Source: Macrostomum lignano (Eukaryota). From it: DNA of 64,000 nt. Both the position numbers and the translations under genes were made by a program. The notes under the pieces are model-generated. The model had not been told where the DNA came from and ran no database searches. It saw nothing but the letters and a program-made list of their open reading frames with translations. Shown piece after piece: positions 1 to 12,000 of the stretch. Numbering within the stretch: position 1 is the first letter of the stretch; each line of letters starts with the position of its first letter. The stretch spans positions 434,001 through 498,000 of the forward strand of contig NIVC01000558.1 of the NCBI GenBank assembly GCA_002269645.1, read 5' to 3'.

Positions 1-112
1 CAGTAAACTACAAACTGGGTGTCAGTAAGCTACAAACTGGGTGTCAGTAAACTACAAACTGGATGTCAGTAAGCTACAAACTGGGTGTCAGTAAGCTACA
101 AACTGGGTGTCA
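1..112. repeat. 22-bp tandem repeat (CAGTAARCTACAAACTGGGTGT), runs off the window edge
   Basis: About 5 near-identical units visible directly. Confidence 0.9.
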
Positions 113-749
113 AGCTCTAAATCTGGTGGCCAGACAAGGTCAAATATAACCTTGACCTGTTGCGTCACACATGAAGCGAATGCCAGGCATTCAGGCACCT
201 TCATAAGCTCATTATTGCACCCGCAGTCACGCACTGGGGCAGCAAAGCATTGAATTAAAATTAGGATAAATACAATAAGAAGTTATGCACCAGCAGAATA
301 GACACTAATATCTCAAAAGTCATGCAAAGTTTTTCGTCCGACAATGTCCAAACCGCATAGCCGAGCCTTCAGGCAATTGCTAAAGAAGGAATCCAGCCTC
401 TAAAACAGAGAAGGGCGAATGACTCACCGCTCTTCGAGTTCCGCTCCGCACTGGACGAGACTAAATTATCGGACGAATCGAGAGGTTTGAGCACTGCAGT
501 GGGGGGCAAATCGAGTTAATCCTTTATCCCTCGCATTCTCGCGTCATCGCATTCTGGGAAGAGGGGGCTGAGGAGCGGAGGAGAGGGGGTGTGGCGATGA
601 GGGGATTCTGGACGAGCTGATGAAGAGCGGACACTCAGGTTGCCGGGGCTTTGTGGGGACCTGCTAGCGTTCTGTTTGGCAGTCTGCATCTCCTATGACA
701 GTCGCTGAGCTGGCGTTGATATCGGATCTGGAGAGTGGAAGTTCTGCTT

Positions 750-1560
750 TAGGAATGGCGCCAAATCTATTGTTGAAATGGCGCCAAATCTACTTTTACG
801 ATTAGCGCTAAGTCTGTTGCAGGGATGGCGCCAAATCTACTGTAGGAATGGCGCCAAATCTACTGTATGAATGGCGCCAAATCTAATTTTACGATTAGCG
901 CTAAGTCTGTTGCAGGGATGGCGCCAAATCTACTGTAGGAATGGCGCCAAATCTACTGTAGTAATGGCGCCAAATATACTGTAGGAATGGCGCCAAATCT
1001 ACTGTAGGAATGGTGCCAAATCTAATTTTAGGATTAGCGCAAATTCTGTTGCAAGGATGGCGCCAAATCTACTGTAGGAATGGCGCCAAATCTACTGTAG
1101 AAATAGTGCCACTATCTACTGTAGAAATGGCGCCAATCTATTGTAGGAATGGTGTCAAATCTAATTTTAGGATTTGCGCTAAGTCTGTTGCAAGGATGGC
1201 GCCAAATCTACTGTAGAAATAGTGCCAAATCTACTGTAAGATTGGCGAAAAATCTTTTGTAGGAATGGCGCTAAATCTACGGTAGGAATGGCGCCAAATC
1301 CATTGTAGAACTAGTGCCAAATCTACTGTAGGAATGGCGCTAATCTATTGTAGGAATGGCGCCAAATCTATTGTAGGAATGACGCCAAACCTACTGTAGT
1401 AATGGCGCCAAATCTACTGTAGGAATGACGCCAAATCTACTTTAGTAATGGCGCCAAATCTACTGTTGGAATGGCGCCAAATCTACTGTAGGAGATTAAA
1501 GTAAATCTAATTTTAGGATTAACGCCAAGTCTGTTGCAAGATTGGCGCCAAATCTACTTG
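750..1560. repeat. ~23-bp minisatellite (AGGAATGGCGCCAAATCTACTGT) with longer variant units interspersed
   Basis: Unit visible about 25-30 times; explains spurious ORF 1010..1216; boundaries approximate. Confidence 0.9.
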
Positions 1561-2204
1561 ACAAGACTCTCACCATCGTCAGGCAGTGCAATCTACTTTC
1601 TTTATGGTTTAAAGTCTTGAGCATAAACTCTAAATTACAAAAACTAAAAACAACAGAACTCAGTTAAAATTTATCAGCGCTTCCATTCCAGTTTTTGTCC
1701 AGTCCAGTAGTCCTTGAAGGTGCAGCCCCCGAGGCGATGCTTTTACAACTACTAAAAGCTACTAACAATCGGGTAGATTCAGTCCGTCAGTCGAAATCCA
1801 CTCTACTGAGCAGAGAGGGCCTTATTTGTGGTTGTGCAATGCAGCCAAATACAGTAGTTAGTGGCTGTTACGTGGACATCAATTCATTTAAGCATGGGTA
1901 CCAGTGGACAGTTGCATTATTGCTGCAGAAGGCGGGTGGGTCATCCTTCAACAGCGTCCATCCCCTAAGTGGCACTCGCGGGAAACTGCAGTTTATAACG
2001 CCCGCTTTTAATTTGCTGCTTTCTATGTATTATAATCCTTAAATGACTAATCCGGATAATCCCCTTTGGTTAATCCTCTTTAATCGTATGGCAGTCGTTA
2101 TTTAAATAGATTCTGAATGGCCAGACAGATGCCTGCTCTGTAGGAGTGAATTGAAAATGTGGGAGCTGTTGGTTTCAGATTGCTTTTGCGCACAGAACGC
2201 CATG

Positions 2205-2780
2205 AAGCGTGCTCAAAATGTCACAGTGTGCTTTAACGGGTCACACAGTGTGCTCGAAGAGTCAAAGGGTGCTCTCCAAGAGTCATAGTGTGCTCAACGG
2301 GTCACAGTGTGCTCAATGGGTCACAGTGTGCTCAATGGGTCACAGTGTGCTCAAGGAGTCAAAGTGTGCTCAATGGGTCACAGTGTGCTCAAGGAGTCAA
2401 AGTGTGCTCAATGGGTCACAGTGTGCTCAATGAGTCAAAGTGTGCCCAATGGGTCACAGTGTGTTCAATGGGTCACAGTGTGCTCAATGGGTCACAGTGT
2501 GCTCAAGGGGTCACAGTGTGCTCAAGGAGTCAAAGTGTGCCCAATGGGTCACAGTGTGCTCAAGGAGTCAAAGTGTGCCCAATGGGTCACAGTGTGCTCA
2601 AGGAGTCAAAGTGTGCCCAATGGGTCACAGTGTGCTCAAGGAGTCAAAGTGTGCCCAATGGGTCACAGTGTGCTCAAGGAGTCAAAGTGTGCCCAATGGG
2701 TCACATTGTGCTCAATGGTCACACTGTGCTCAAACGGTCACAGTGTGCTTATAGGATTGCAGTGTACTCAAAGGATCACA
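2205..2780. repeat. 19-bp minisatellite with two alternating variants (TGTGCTCAATGGGTCACAG / TGTGCTCAAGGAGTCAAAG)
   Basis: Direct reading; repetitive ORFs occur in all three plus frames. Confidence 0.9.
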
Positions 2781-3489
2781 TAGTCCTCAATAAAACGCCC
2801 GTATATCTTCGTCAAAAAATTTTGATTAAATTTTGAAACCTTCAAACCGCGGCCAGGCAAGCGGGTTCCGGGTGCCAGTCGAAAAGCATGTCTTTGTTCC
2901 CTCAGCTCCAGTTTACAATGGGGCAATATAATGATGGACAAGAATATGTCAAGCTAAAGTAAACACACGACATGACGAGACCATGGTAGCGCTGACTTCG
3001 TGAATAAACAATGCGGTGATGATATGGTATAATTTGAACTCCATTTGACTGCCTATGACTGTCTCCCTCTCGCATCCCTCGTCAACGCTTCTGAAACTAA
3101 TTAAAGGCCATCTGGTCAACCGTTCCGTTATGGCAGATCAAAGCGACTTTGATCAGGACCTCGCCAATACTGCAGAATCCGCGGAAGCCATAAAGTTTAA
3201 CAGGAGACAATTGCTTCGTTGTTAAGGGCTCCTGTCTAAATCGTCTTGCATGGCAACTGGTTTTAATTGCTAATTTAATTTTAATAAGCCATAGATAATA
3301 TAACAAGTCTAAGAGATTCTTTGATGGATTGCTTGCTTTCCAATGAAAAACTGGTAGATTCAAGTGATTAGTGCCAAGATAAAAACAGGCATAAAAGGCG
3401 CCAAAAGAGGCGCCCAGAGAAGAGCGCCATATGAGAAAAGTGCTATTTGGAGAGCCAAAATGAAACTGTTAAGAGAAAAATGTCAAAAT

Positions 3490-3890
3490 GCGAGATAAGT
3501 GCCAAGAGAAGCGCCAAGACAAGCGCCGAGATAAACGCCAAAGTAAGCGCCAAGATAAGCGCGAAAGTAAGCGCTAAGATAAGCGCCAAGATAAGAGCCA
3601 AGGTAAGCGCCAAAGTAAGCGCCAAGATAAAGCCAAAGTAAGCGCCAAGATAAAGCCAAAGTAAGCGCCAAGATAAAGCCAAAGTAAGCGCCAAGATAAA
3701 GCCAAAGTAAGCGCCAAGATAAAGCCAAAGTAAGCGCCGAGATAAAGCCGAAGTAAGCGCCAAGATAAAGCCAAACTAAGCGCCAAGATAAAGCCAAAGT
3801 AAGCGCCAAGATAAAGCCAAAGTAAGCGCCGAGATAAAGCCGAAGTAAGCGCCAAGATAAAGCCAAAGTAAGCGCCAAGATAAGGCCAGC
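3490..3890. repeat. 23-bp minisatellite (AAGCGCCAAGATAAAGCCAAAGT)
   Basis: Direct reading; degenerate at the left edge. Confidence 0.9.
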
Positions 3891-4881
3891 AAGATACATG
3901 TGGATTAAAACATGTTGCACAAGTCTTGATTAATTTTCAGCTCTACTGTAGGCGATAAATTTATTGAAAATTCGCGAGTATCATCTCTAAAAAAATAAAT
4001 TATAAAGATCAACTCGGTAAGGAAAAGTCACGCTCCAAAACCCAGGGCTGACAAATCATCTGTGTTAGTCCACCTGCAGTGTTTTCATTTTGATTTTTGA
4101 CCTCAACAAAGGGAAGCTGCAACAGGATGACTTCGTGACTTTACCAAAACAGAGAACGAGCTTCAAAATAGTTGCAAAAATTTAGTTTGAAAAATGAAGA
4201 TTAAAGTCGTTTTTCAACAAGCTTCGAAAAGTAATTTTTTAATAACCATTTTCGCTGTTAGCTACTATTTACACATTATTCAGTAGTCTAAAAAGCAAAT
4301 CTACCATTTAAGTGTAAAATAAAGTCAGTAAAAATTGCCATAGACACCAGCAAAAAGCTGCTTGAGCAGATGCAGGAATATTTTTGCCAATTGATCAACA
4401 TTTTATGCGCATTCCGTTCGAGCGAGTGTTTGAAAGATCTTTTTAACAAAGTAGCAGATATCGAACCAACGTCTGTACAATGCTTCGTCTCAGTAAGTTG
4501 TCATCTTTACATACTATTATTTTACATTCCTATAAATCAGGGGTCGGAAATCTTATTTAATTCAAGGGCAAGATAGAGAATCTAGCGTATTAATGCGTGC
4601 CAGAGGGGAAAGAGGAGAGAAGAGAGGAGATGAGAGAAGAGACACAGACCTTGAGCGGGCGGAGCCGAATTACTATTGTGAAATTTTTAAGGACCTGAGG
4701 GCCCAGTTAGAGCCAAGTTAGGTTTATCATCTTACGAGCTAAAATACTTGATTTACGTACGTCTCAATAACTGTAATGCTTCCATCAGAACCGCTAAAAG
4801 AAGTTTGAATGAATAAACATTTAAAAAAGATCGCAAGTCCCAAACACCTCTCGCCACCCAGACGAGAGCCCAGTCGTATCG

Positions 4882-6945
4882 ATGACCTACGGCCGGATTT
4901 CTTCCGACACAAACGAGACTTCAACAACCGCCAGCACAACTTGGGCAGCCATCGCTGATACAGTTGTCCAGTCCATGTCGGCAGCCGCCACCACGTCCAC
5001 AGGGGACGGAGCTGACCCGGAGATAATCACCGAATTGAATGTCTCCTCATCGGCCGCCGACAGCTCGGATTGCACAACGACAAGTTCCACTTCGGTTTCG
5101 TCATCCTCTGGCTCTGTCGACGGTCAGCCAGTGCAGCTTCGAATGTCTTCTCGGGAGTCGACAGTGCTCGCCGAAGCGCTGAGGCTTGCCGGTCGACGAA
5201 AAGTTGTCCGACCGTTGCAGCAGCAGCAGCAGCAGCTAGCGTTGACTCCGCCTCCGCCACCACCTCCGCCCCCGAGACCGTCTCTAGCCGGGCACAACAT
5301 CTCCCATCGGCGATCCGAAAGCGCCCAGGAAAAGTCGCAGAATGTGAAACAGCCCGCGATGCTGCAAAATACAGGCAGCACGAGGACGGAGAGCGAGGAG
5401 AACTACGGGCTTCCGCCAGCTACGAACCAGAAGCCTCTAGTTGGCAACATGGCGCCAGATTGGTCGCTCATGCAGCCGATGCTGCAGAAAATGGTAGCGG
5501 ACATGTCAACCTCGGATAGGCGAAAGTACGCAGTCAATCAGCTGACGGAGGGAGACCTCAAAGACGCGATGCGACTGTTTTTAGAGAAACAAAAAACCAA
5601 ACTGAGGCAGCACTCGACCACCCAATCGAAAACCCCAGGCGCCGGTCAAACGCAGCGGGAAGTTGAGGTCAGCAGCGGTAGTGGAGACGGGCCTAGGCAG
5701 CTTGTTAAGCTGGTAATCTGTGTGCCCCGTCAGAAGCATCAGCACCGATCAATGTCAGTGTCCAGAACCAGCACTATCGACCAATCGGCCATCACCGCGG
5801 CCGGTCAGGCCAAGAAGCCTCCCCAGCCGGTTCTGTCGTCAAGACCAAAACAGTCTCAGCAGCCTTCAAAGTTGTCAATGCAGGACAGCGTACACCGGGG
5901 CAGCATAATGCCGGTGAAGATGGCCGTTCCAGCCAAGGAAGAGTCTCCAGAGGAGGACTGCCTGACGATGCCAGGAGTGGAGCTCTGCCGCGACAGCAGC
6001 ACCAGCAACACCCCGCCAGCGGCAACGACGGCAGCCAAAGAAGCCAAGCCGTCTGACGTCACCAAGCTCGCGCAGTCGAAACCTGTCAATCAGCCGGTCG
6101 GGAAAGGTCACGAACGAATCTCGCTGGCTCCGGAGCTGATTGGTGGCCTCAGCAAGCGGTTGCAGAAGGAATACGACGAGGCGCAGAGTACTACCTCATT
6201 GCCGGGCAATCAGAAGAAGGACTGGAGTAACGATACCTCTAGCGATCAGGTGCACAATGATGCCAGCATCAAAGAGAACGCTAAAAAGGCGGAGACGGCT
6301 GTCGTCAAATATCAACTGAACCTAACCAGTGAGGAAACAACCAAGAAAACAGAGTCTAACGAAGCCAGTGCAGGGCCAGACGAGGACAAGGAGGCAATCG
6401 CGGAAGACGAGGACCCCTGGCCGCAGAAGGACTCTGTAGTTTTCTGCGACGAAGCCAACAGAGTGCAACGCGCTAGCGAGGAGATCATCGAAGAGGAAGA
6501 TGAAGATGAAGAATCTGAAGACGGCTCGGATTGTAAGAAGTCTCTGAGGTTGTCTTATCAAAAGGAAGAGGAGGAGAAGCTGCGAAGGCAGCGCGAACTC
6601 GAAGAGGCTGCCGAGGCGGCGGCTGCAGCAGAGGCGGCGGCGAAGCAGACGGCAATCAATGCGGCCATCAGGAATGAGCTGTGGCGCAGGCTGCTGTCAG
6701 CCAGGGTGCCACGGCTGAGCTGCCCGCCAAAGCTCACCGGTCATCTGTCCGGTCACGAGGAGCAAGTGGCGGTTGCCAAGAGACTCATAGCCAACATGAG
6801 TCGAATGCAGCCTTGCCGTAGCCGTATGGACATGGAGCGGCTGAAGCACACACTGAAGCTGGACAACAAGGAGCTGAAGCTGAACCAGTGTCGAAGGAGC
6901 AGCAGCGACGATACAAACGGACAGGAGAAGTGGCTGGAGCTCTGA
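4882..6945 (+). CDS. Uncharacterised 687-aa intronless protein; Ser/Thr/Pro/Gln-rich and acidic, with a C-terminal coiled-coil-like segment
   Basis: 2-kb uninterrupted GC-rich ORF flanked by AT-rich sequence; poly-Q/poly-P tracts as in neighbouring real genes; no family motif recognised. Confidence 0.7.
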   Translation: MTYGRISSDTNETSTTASTTWAAIADTVVQSMSAAATTSTGDGADPEIITELNVSSSAADSSDCTTTSSTSVSSSSGSVDGQPVQLRMSSRESTVLAEALRLAGRRKVVRPLQQQQQQLALTPPPPPPPPPRPSLAGHNISHRRSESAQEKSQNVKQPAMLQNTGSTRTESEENYGLPPATNQKPLVGNMAPDWSLMQPMLQKMVADMSTSDRRKYAVNQLTEGDLKDAMRLFLEKQKTKLRQHSTTQSKTPGAGQTQREVEVSSGSGDGPRQLVKLVICVPRQKHQHRSMSVSRTSTIDQSAITAAGQAKKPPQPVLSSRPKQSQQPSKLSMQDSVHRGSIMPVKMAVPAKEESPEEDCLTMPGVELCRDSSTSNTPPAATTAAKEAKPSDVTKLAQSKPVNQPVGKGHERISLAPELIGGLSKRLQKEYDEAQSTTSLPGNQKKDWSNDTSSDQVHNDASIKENAKKAETAVVKYQLNLTSEETTKKTESNEASAGPDEDKEAIAEDEDPWPQKDSVVFCDEANRVQRASEEIIEEEDEDEESEDGSDCKKSLRLSYQKEEEEKLRRQRELEEAAEAAAAAEAAAKQTAINAAIRNELWRRLLSARVPRLSCPPKLTGHLSGHEEQVAVAKRLIANMSRMQPCRSRMDMERLKHTLKLDNKELKLNQCRRSSSDDTNGQEKWLEL

Positions 6946-7794
6946 TGATCCAAGTTCTGTTGTTCAACCCTTGTATTCATTTTTCCTTCATCATTCATGC
7001 TTATTTACATTCAACCAACTATGATAATAAAAAGTGTACTTTTATTTTTGTATGCAATCTATTTAAAGAACGAAGACCAGTCAAGCTACTCATAGTAGCT
7101 GAAAAAAACAAACATTTTTTTATTTGTTGATTTTACAGACTGAAAAATATTCATAATTATATATTTGACAAGATTAAGTTCTTGCTAGCGTTCTATAAAC
7201 TCTATGTTTATATATTTAAATACCATTTCACCGAAACGAAGACAACAGTTACAGAAAAAACATTCAGTAAGATACTACTCATAGTGTGCAAGTACTTATT
7301 ACTTTAAATTAAATTAAAAATGACAAACTAAAAATAAAATACTTAAAGTACTTTGAATTTGAACTGAAATTAAATAGTTGAACATTCGCAAAAACTGATA
7401 ACTAAGAATCTGAGATAACTCGTGGATAACTGAGAATGACAGCAGGGTGGGTATTACGAGCATTTTACAACATAGCGATGCCTTTATGCTGCGCTAGAAA
7501 TCAATTATAAAACAAGAGAATTTAAACATGCTTTCAGACAAGGCTGAAATAAAAATTGCCAATGAAATCGTTGTACGAAGTATGTCACAAGACGAAAACA
7601 GCAAGCACTGTGGCTGTATAGTGACACTACAGAAACACCTGGATAAACCAGCTCGCAAAAGCGCTGACACCAGCAATGTTCTATGCATACAAGCGATGAT
7701 TATGAAATTAAAAAATATTGATTTTTTGGCTACTAAAACTTAATGCTTATAAAATGACTTTTAAGTTTAATTGAGAGTTTATAATGCATTTCAT

Positions 7795-8600
7795 TCTGGG
7801 ATCTGAGGGGCTGGTCCAGCAACTGAGGATCTGGGAGGCTAGTCCAGCAACTGAGGATCTGGAAGGCTGGTCCAGCAACTGAGGATATGGGAGGCTGGTC
7901 CAACAACTGAGGATATGGGAGGCTGGTCCAGCAACTGAGGATCTGGGAGGCTGGTGGCCCAGCAACTGAGGATCTGGGAGGCTAGTCCAGCAACTGAGGA
8001 TCTGGAAGGCTGGTCCAGCAACTGAGGATATGGGAGGCTGGTCCAACAACTGAGGATATGGGAGGCTGGTCCAGCAACTGAGGATCTGGGAGGCTGGTGG
8101 CCCAGCAACTGAGGATCTGGGAGGCTGGCCCAGCAACTGAGGATCTGGAAGGCTGGTCCAGCAACTGAGGATCTGGGAGGCTGGTGGCCCAGCAACTGAG
8201 GATCTGGGAGGCTGGCCCAGCAACTGAGGATCTGGAAGGCTGGTCCAGCAACTGACACTCTGGGAGGCTGGTCCAGCAACTGAGGATCTGGGAGGCTGGT
8301 CCAGCAAGTGAGGATCTGGGAGGCTGGTCCAGCAACTGAGGATTCTGGAAGGCTGGCCCAGCTACTGAGGATCTGGGAGGCTGGCCCAGCAACTGAGGAT
8401 CTGGGAGGCTGGTCCAGCAACTGACACTCTGGGAGGCTGGTCCAGCAACTGAGGATCTGGGAGGCTGGCCCAGCTACTGAGGATCTGGGAGGCTGGCCCA
8501 GCAACTGAGGATTCTGGAAGGCTGGCCCAGCTACTGAGGATCTGGGAGGCTGGCCCAGCAACTGAGGATCTGGGAGGCTGGCCCAGCAGCTGAGGATAAT
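7795..8600. repeat. ~28-bp minisatellite (GGAGGCTGGTCCAGCAACTGAGGATCTG)
   Basis: Direct reading; lies between the convergent 687-aa gene and WNK. Confidence 0.9.
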
Positions 8601-9097
8601 CAAACTTACAACAAAAGAATCAGTGATGAGGCAGATGCATCTCTAACTTAAATATTCAAACTGGCAAGTTTAGTTGCAATTTTTCGATGCGATGGAACAT
8701 AAACAAACGCAGAAAAAAAATAATAACAAAACTGTAAAAAAGTTTGTGGAAACACAAGCGGAGACGCAGCTTGGGGTCTACTAATAGGCGCGCTAGGCAA
8801 CACATAAAGCATAAAAAGACTTGGACAGAACGGCTAATAAAAGCAGTCAAAGCCAGCGCTAAACGGACTGTATTAAGTAGTGCACAACAACCGTGTGATA
8901 ACAATAAGAAATTAATGAATCAAGAAAATCTAAAATCAATGAAAGAAGCGTGCTAAAAAATAGACTCTAGACTCTAGACAACTCTAAAACGATGAGTCGC
9001 CTCTCAATCACTCAATTGTTTGTTGTTAAACTGTTTGCAACAAATTTTCAGACAATTGTTTTTGTCACAGGTAACGTTTTCTTCTAAACGAAAAAAT

Positions 9098-12000
9098 CTA
9101 CTTTGACAGAGCCGGTGTCGGAGGCGGCGGCGCGGCGCCGTTCGATGCAGCGACCTGATAATTACTCTGGTCAGTATCTGCTGACGAGAACTCGAATGAT
9201 TCTTTAACAAAACCGGAGTCTCCAGAAGTGTTAAGAAGAGTTTTCTGATCCTGATTAGCAACTGTTGCTGCTGAAGAGCTTGCCCAGGTAGCAGAGACGA
9301 TTGGAGTGCTTACAGCAAAACGGCCAACCTTTCTAGTGGGCGGAGGAGGCGTTGGTTCGGCACCTGTTTCACCTGAAATTTTCAACAGTCATAAAAATGG
9401 TTAAGGTCGGTTAATTGTCGAGTTACTACACCTGTCCTAATAGGCAGATGTGGCCCTAATAGACAGCTCAGCCGCAGCTATTGCGCGGCGCATCTGAAGG
9501 CTGCGTACGGCTGTTCATTCCAAGGACTGAGGGGGTCACCACACACACTCTCAATTACCCCAGCTAATGTGGGGAGAATCGAACCCAACGCTCTAACCAC
9601 TATCCAGAGAGTGCCCTCCTGAAAATATGAATTTCTTATTTGTAAAAACTATTATCCTTTATTGATAAAGCTCTCTACAATGTACATAAATAAATATCGC
9701 AAGATTTATCAGGATAAATCTGATATCTCGTTAACGAGAATTAACGAATCAAAATAGTGATGGAACTGCGTACTGAAAGCGCACAGACAGACAAAAGCAA
9801 ATTGTGAAATTTACTAAATTTTGTAGCATATATACTACTACCTTTGCTAGGTTTACTAGCAGTAGTATATACTAAAGGAAGTTACTGCTCAGCTTACAAA
9901 AAAGCAAGGAAAAAGCATAAAGGCAAAATTAACAGCGAAATAAATAAAAACTACAACTTGTACTTGCTTTTTCTGTAGACGAACAATTTACGTAATTAGT
10001 CCCGTGTAAGGGATCTGTCACAGTTTTTCTACTGAAAATTGGCTGGAAGTAGTATGTTGCAACAATACTGTGAAGGGTAAAATGATGAAGGGTAATATTT
10101 TTACTACTTATTACTGCTAGTACAATGTATAGAGTAGGCAAAACACCAATTTATCCTAACAATAATTTTATAATAATTCCTATTATGATGCAGTTATTAT
10201 GATTGCTAATAATATCAATAAATCATATATTCTACAGGTTGAAAAGGCAGAGGAGATGCAGAAGAGAGGAGAGAGGAAAAGGGGAGGGAGATAAAGAAGA
10301 GAGAGGGAGATTTAGAGGAGAGAGGGAGATAGAGGAGAGATGGAGATGGAGGAGAGATGGAGATGGAGGAGAGAGGGAGATGGAGGAGAGAGGGAGATGG
10401 AGGAGAGAGGGAGATGGAGGAGAGAGGGAGATGGAGGAGAGAGGGAGATGGAGGAGAGAGGGAGATGGAGGAGAGAGGGAGATGGAGGAGAGAGAGGGAG
10501 ATGGAGGAGAGAGGGAGATGGAGGAGAGAGGGAGATGGAGGAGAGAGGGAGATGGAGGAGAGAGGGAGATGGAGGAGAGAGGGAGATGGAGGAGAGAGGG
10601 AGATGGAGGAGAGAGGGAGATGGAGGAGAGAGGGAGATGGAGGAGAGAGAGGGAGATGGAGGAGAGAGGGAGATGGAGGAGAGAGGGAGATGGAGGAGAG
10701 AGGGAGATGGAGGAGAGAGGGAGATGGAGGAGAGAGGGAGATGGGGGAGAGAGGGAGATGGAGGAGAGAGGGAGATGGAGGAGAGAGGGAGATGGAGGAG
10801 AGAGGGAGATGGAGGAGAGAGGGAGATGGAGGAGAGAGGGAGATGGAGGAGAGAGGGAGATGGAGGATTGTATGAGAATGGGAGATAGGAGATGGAGAAG
10901 GGTATGAAAATGGGAGATAAAGAAAAGAGGAGAGGGAGAGGAAGAGGGGACACCGCAAGCAGCCGACACACAGACAGACAGACAGCCCGCGCCAGACCAA
11001 AGCCCCAACAGCCTCACCAATAGGACTGGAAGACGCAACAGGCGGCTCGGTGGGCAGCCCGGCAGTTGGCGCCGCTGGAATTGAATCAGCCGAAGGTGCA
11101 GCGGAGCGCTGCACAGTCTGCAGCAGGGCCAGCACATCGGTCAGCCGCATCCCGGGGCCGCATTGGAAGGCCGTAGCGGTGACCTGGCCGGTACCGGCGC
11201 TACTGGAACCAGACTCAGCGGAAGCTGGACAGATCAGAACGCACCGACCGGACTGCAGCTCAGGCAGAGGAATCTGGATTGGCGGCTCGCCATCAACTTG
11301 AGACGGCAGCTGGAGTATGGGTGGCAGTCTTTGCTGTTGCTCTTGAATCAGCTGTTGCTGTCTCTGCTGCTGCAGCAGGTAGCTCTGGTACTGCTGCTGA
11401 GGCCAGTGAGGAGCCACGCCAGGTCTGGACGGTCCGGGCGAAGGCAGGGTGGCGCATTGATGAGGCGTCTCCCCCGCCGCCACTGTCATCAGGGCTGTTG
11501 CCGAGCGATCGTCGGCAGCAACCGCGACGGCGTCGGGATGGCTGAGACGCCGGCCGGCTCCCGGGCTGGCAGGCTGGGGGATGTCGGGGTGCTGCTGGTG
11601 CTGCTGCAGGTGCCTGGATGCGGACACAGTAACCACCGCTGTAGCGGCTGGTGGCGGCGGCAGGAGCAGAGGGTTTTTCTGCGGCTGCGGAGTGGGCGGT
11701 GGAGCCTGCTGTTGTTGCTGCTGCTGCGGCTGCTGAAGGTGCGGGAACGAACGGGTCTGGAAGGTGTTTTTTTGGTGAGTGAATGATTGAATTATAATGA
11801 GTGAATGAGTTAGCGAACGAGTGAATAAGGTGAATGCATCAGTCAAAAAATGAGTGAATACGGTGAATTAAGAAGTGACTGAGTGACCGAGTGAACCGAG
11901 TCAATGTGACTGACTGACTGAATGACTGAGAATGATTAAGTAAATGTGTGAATAACCGAGTGAATGTGTGAAGGACCGAGTGAACTGAGCGAATGTGTGA

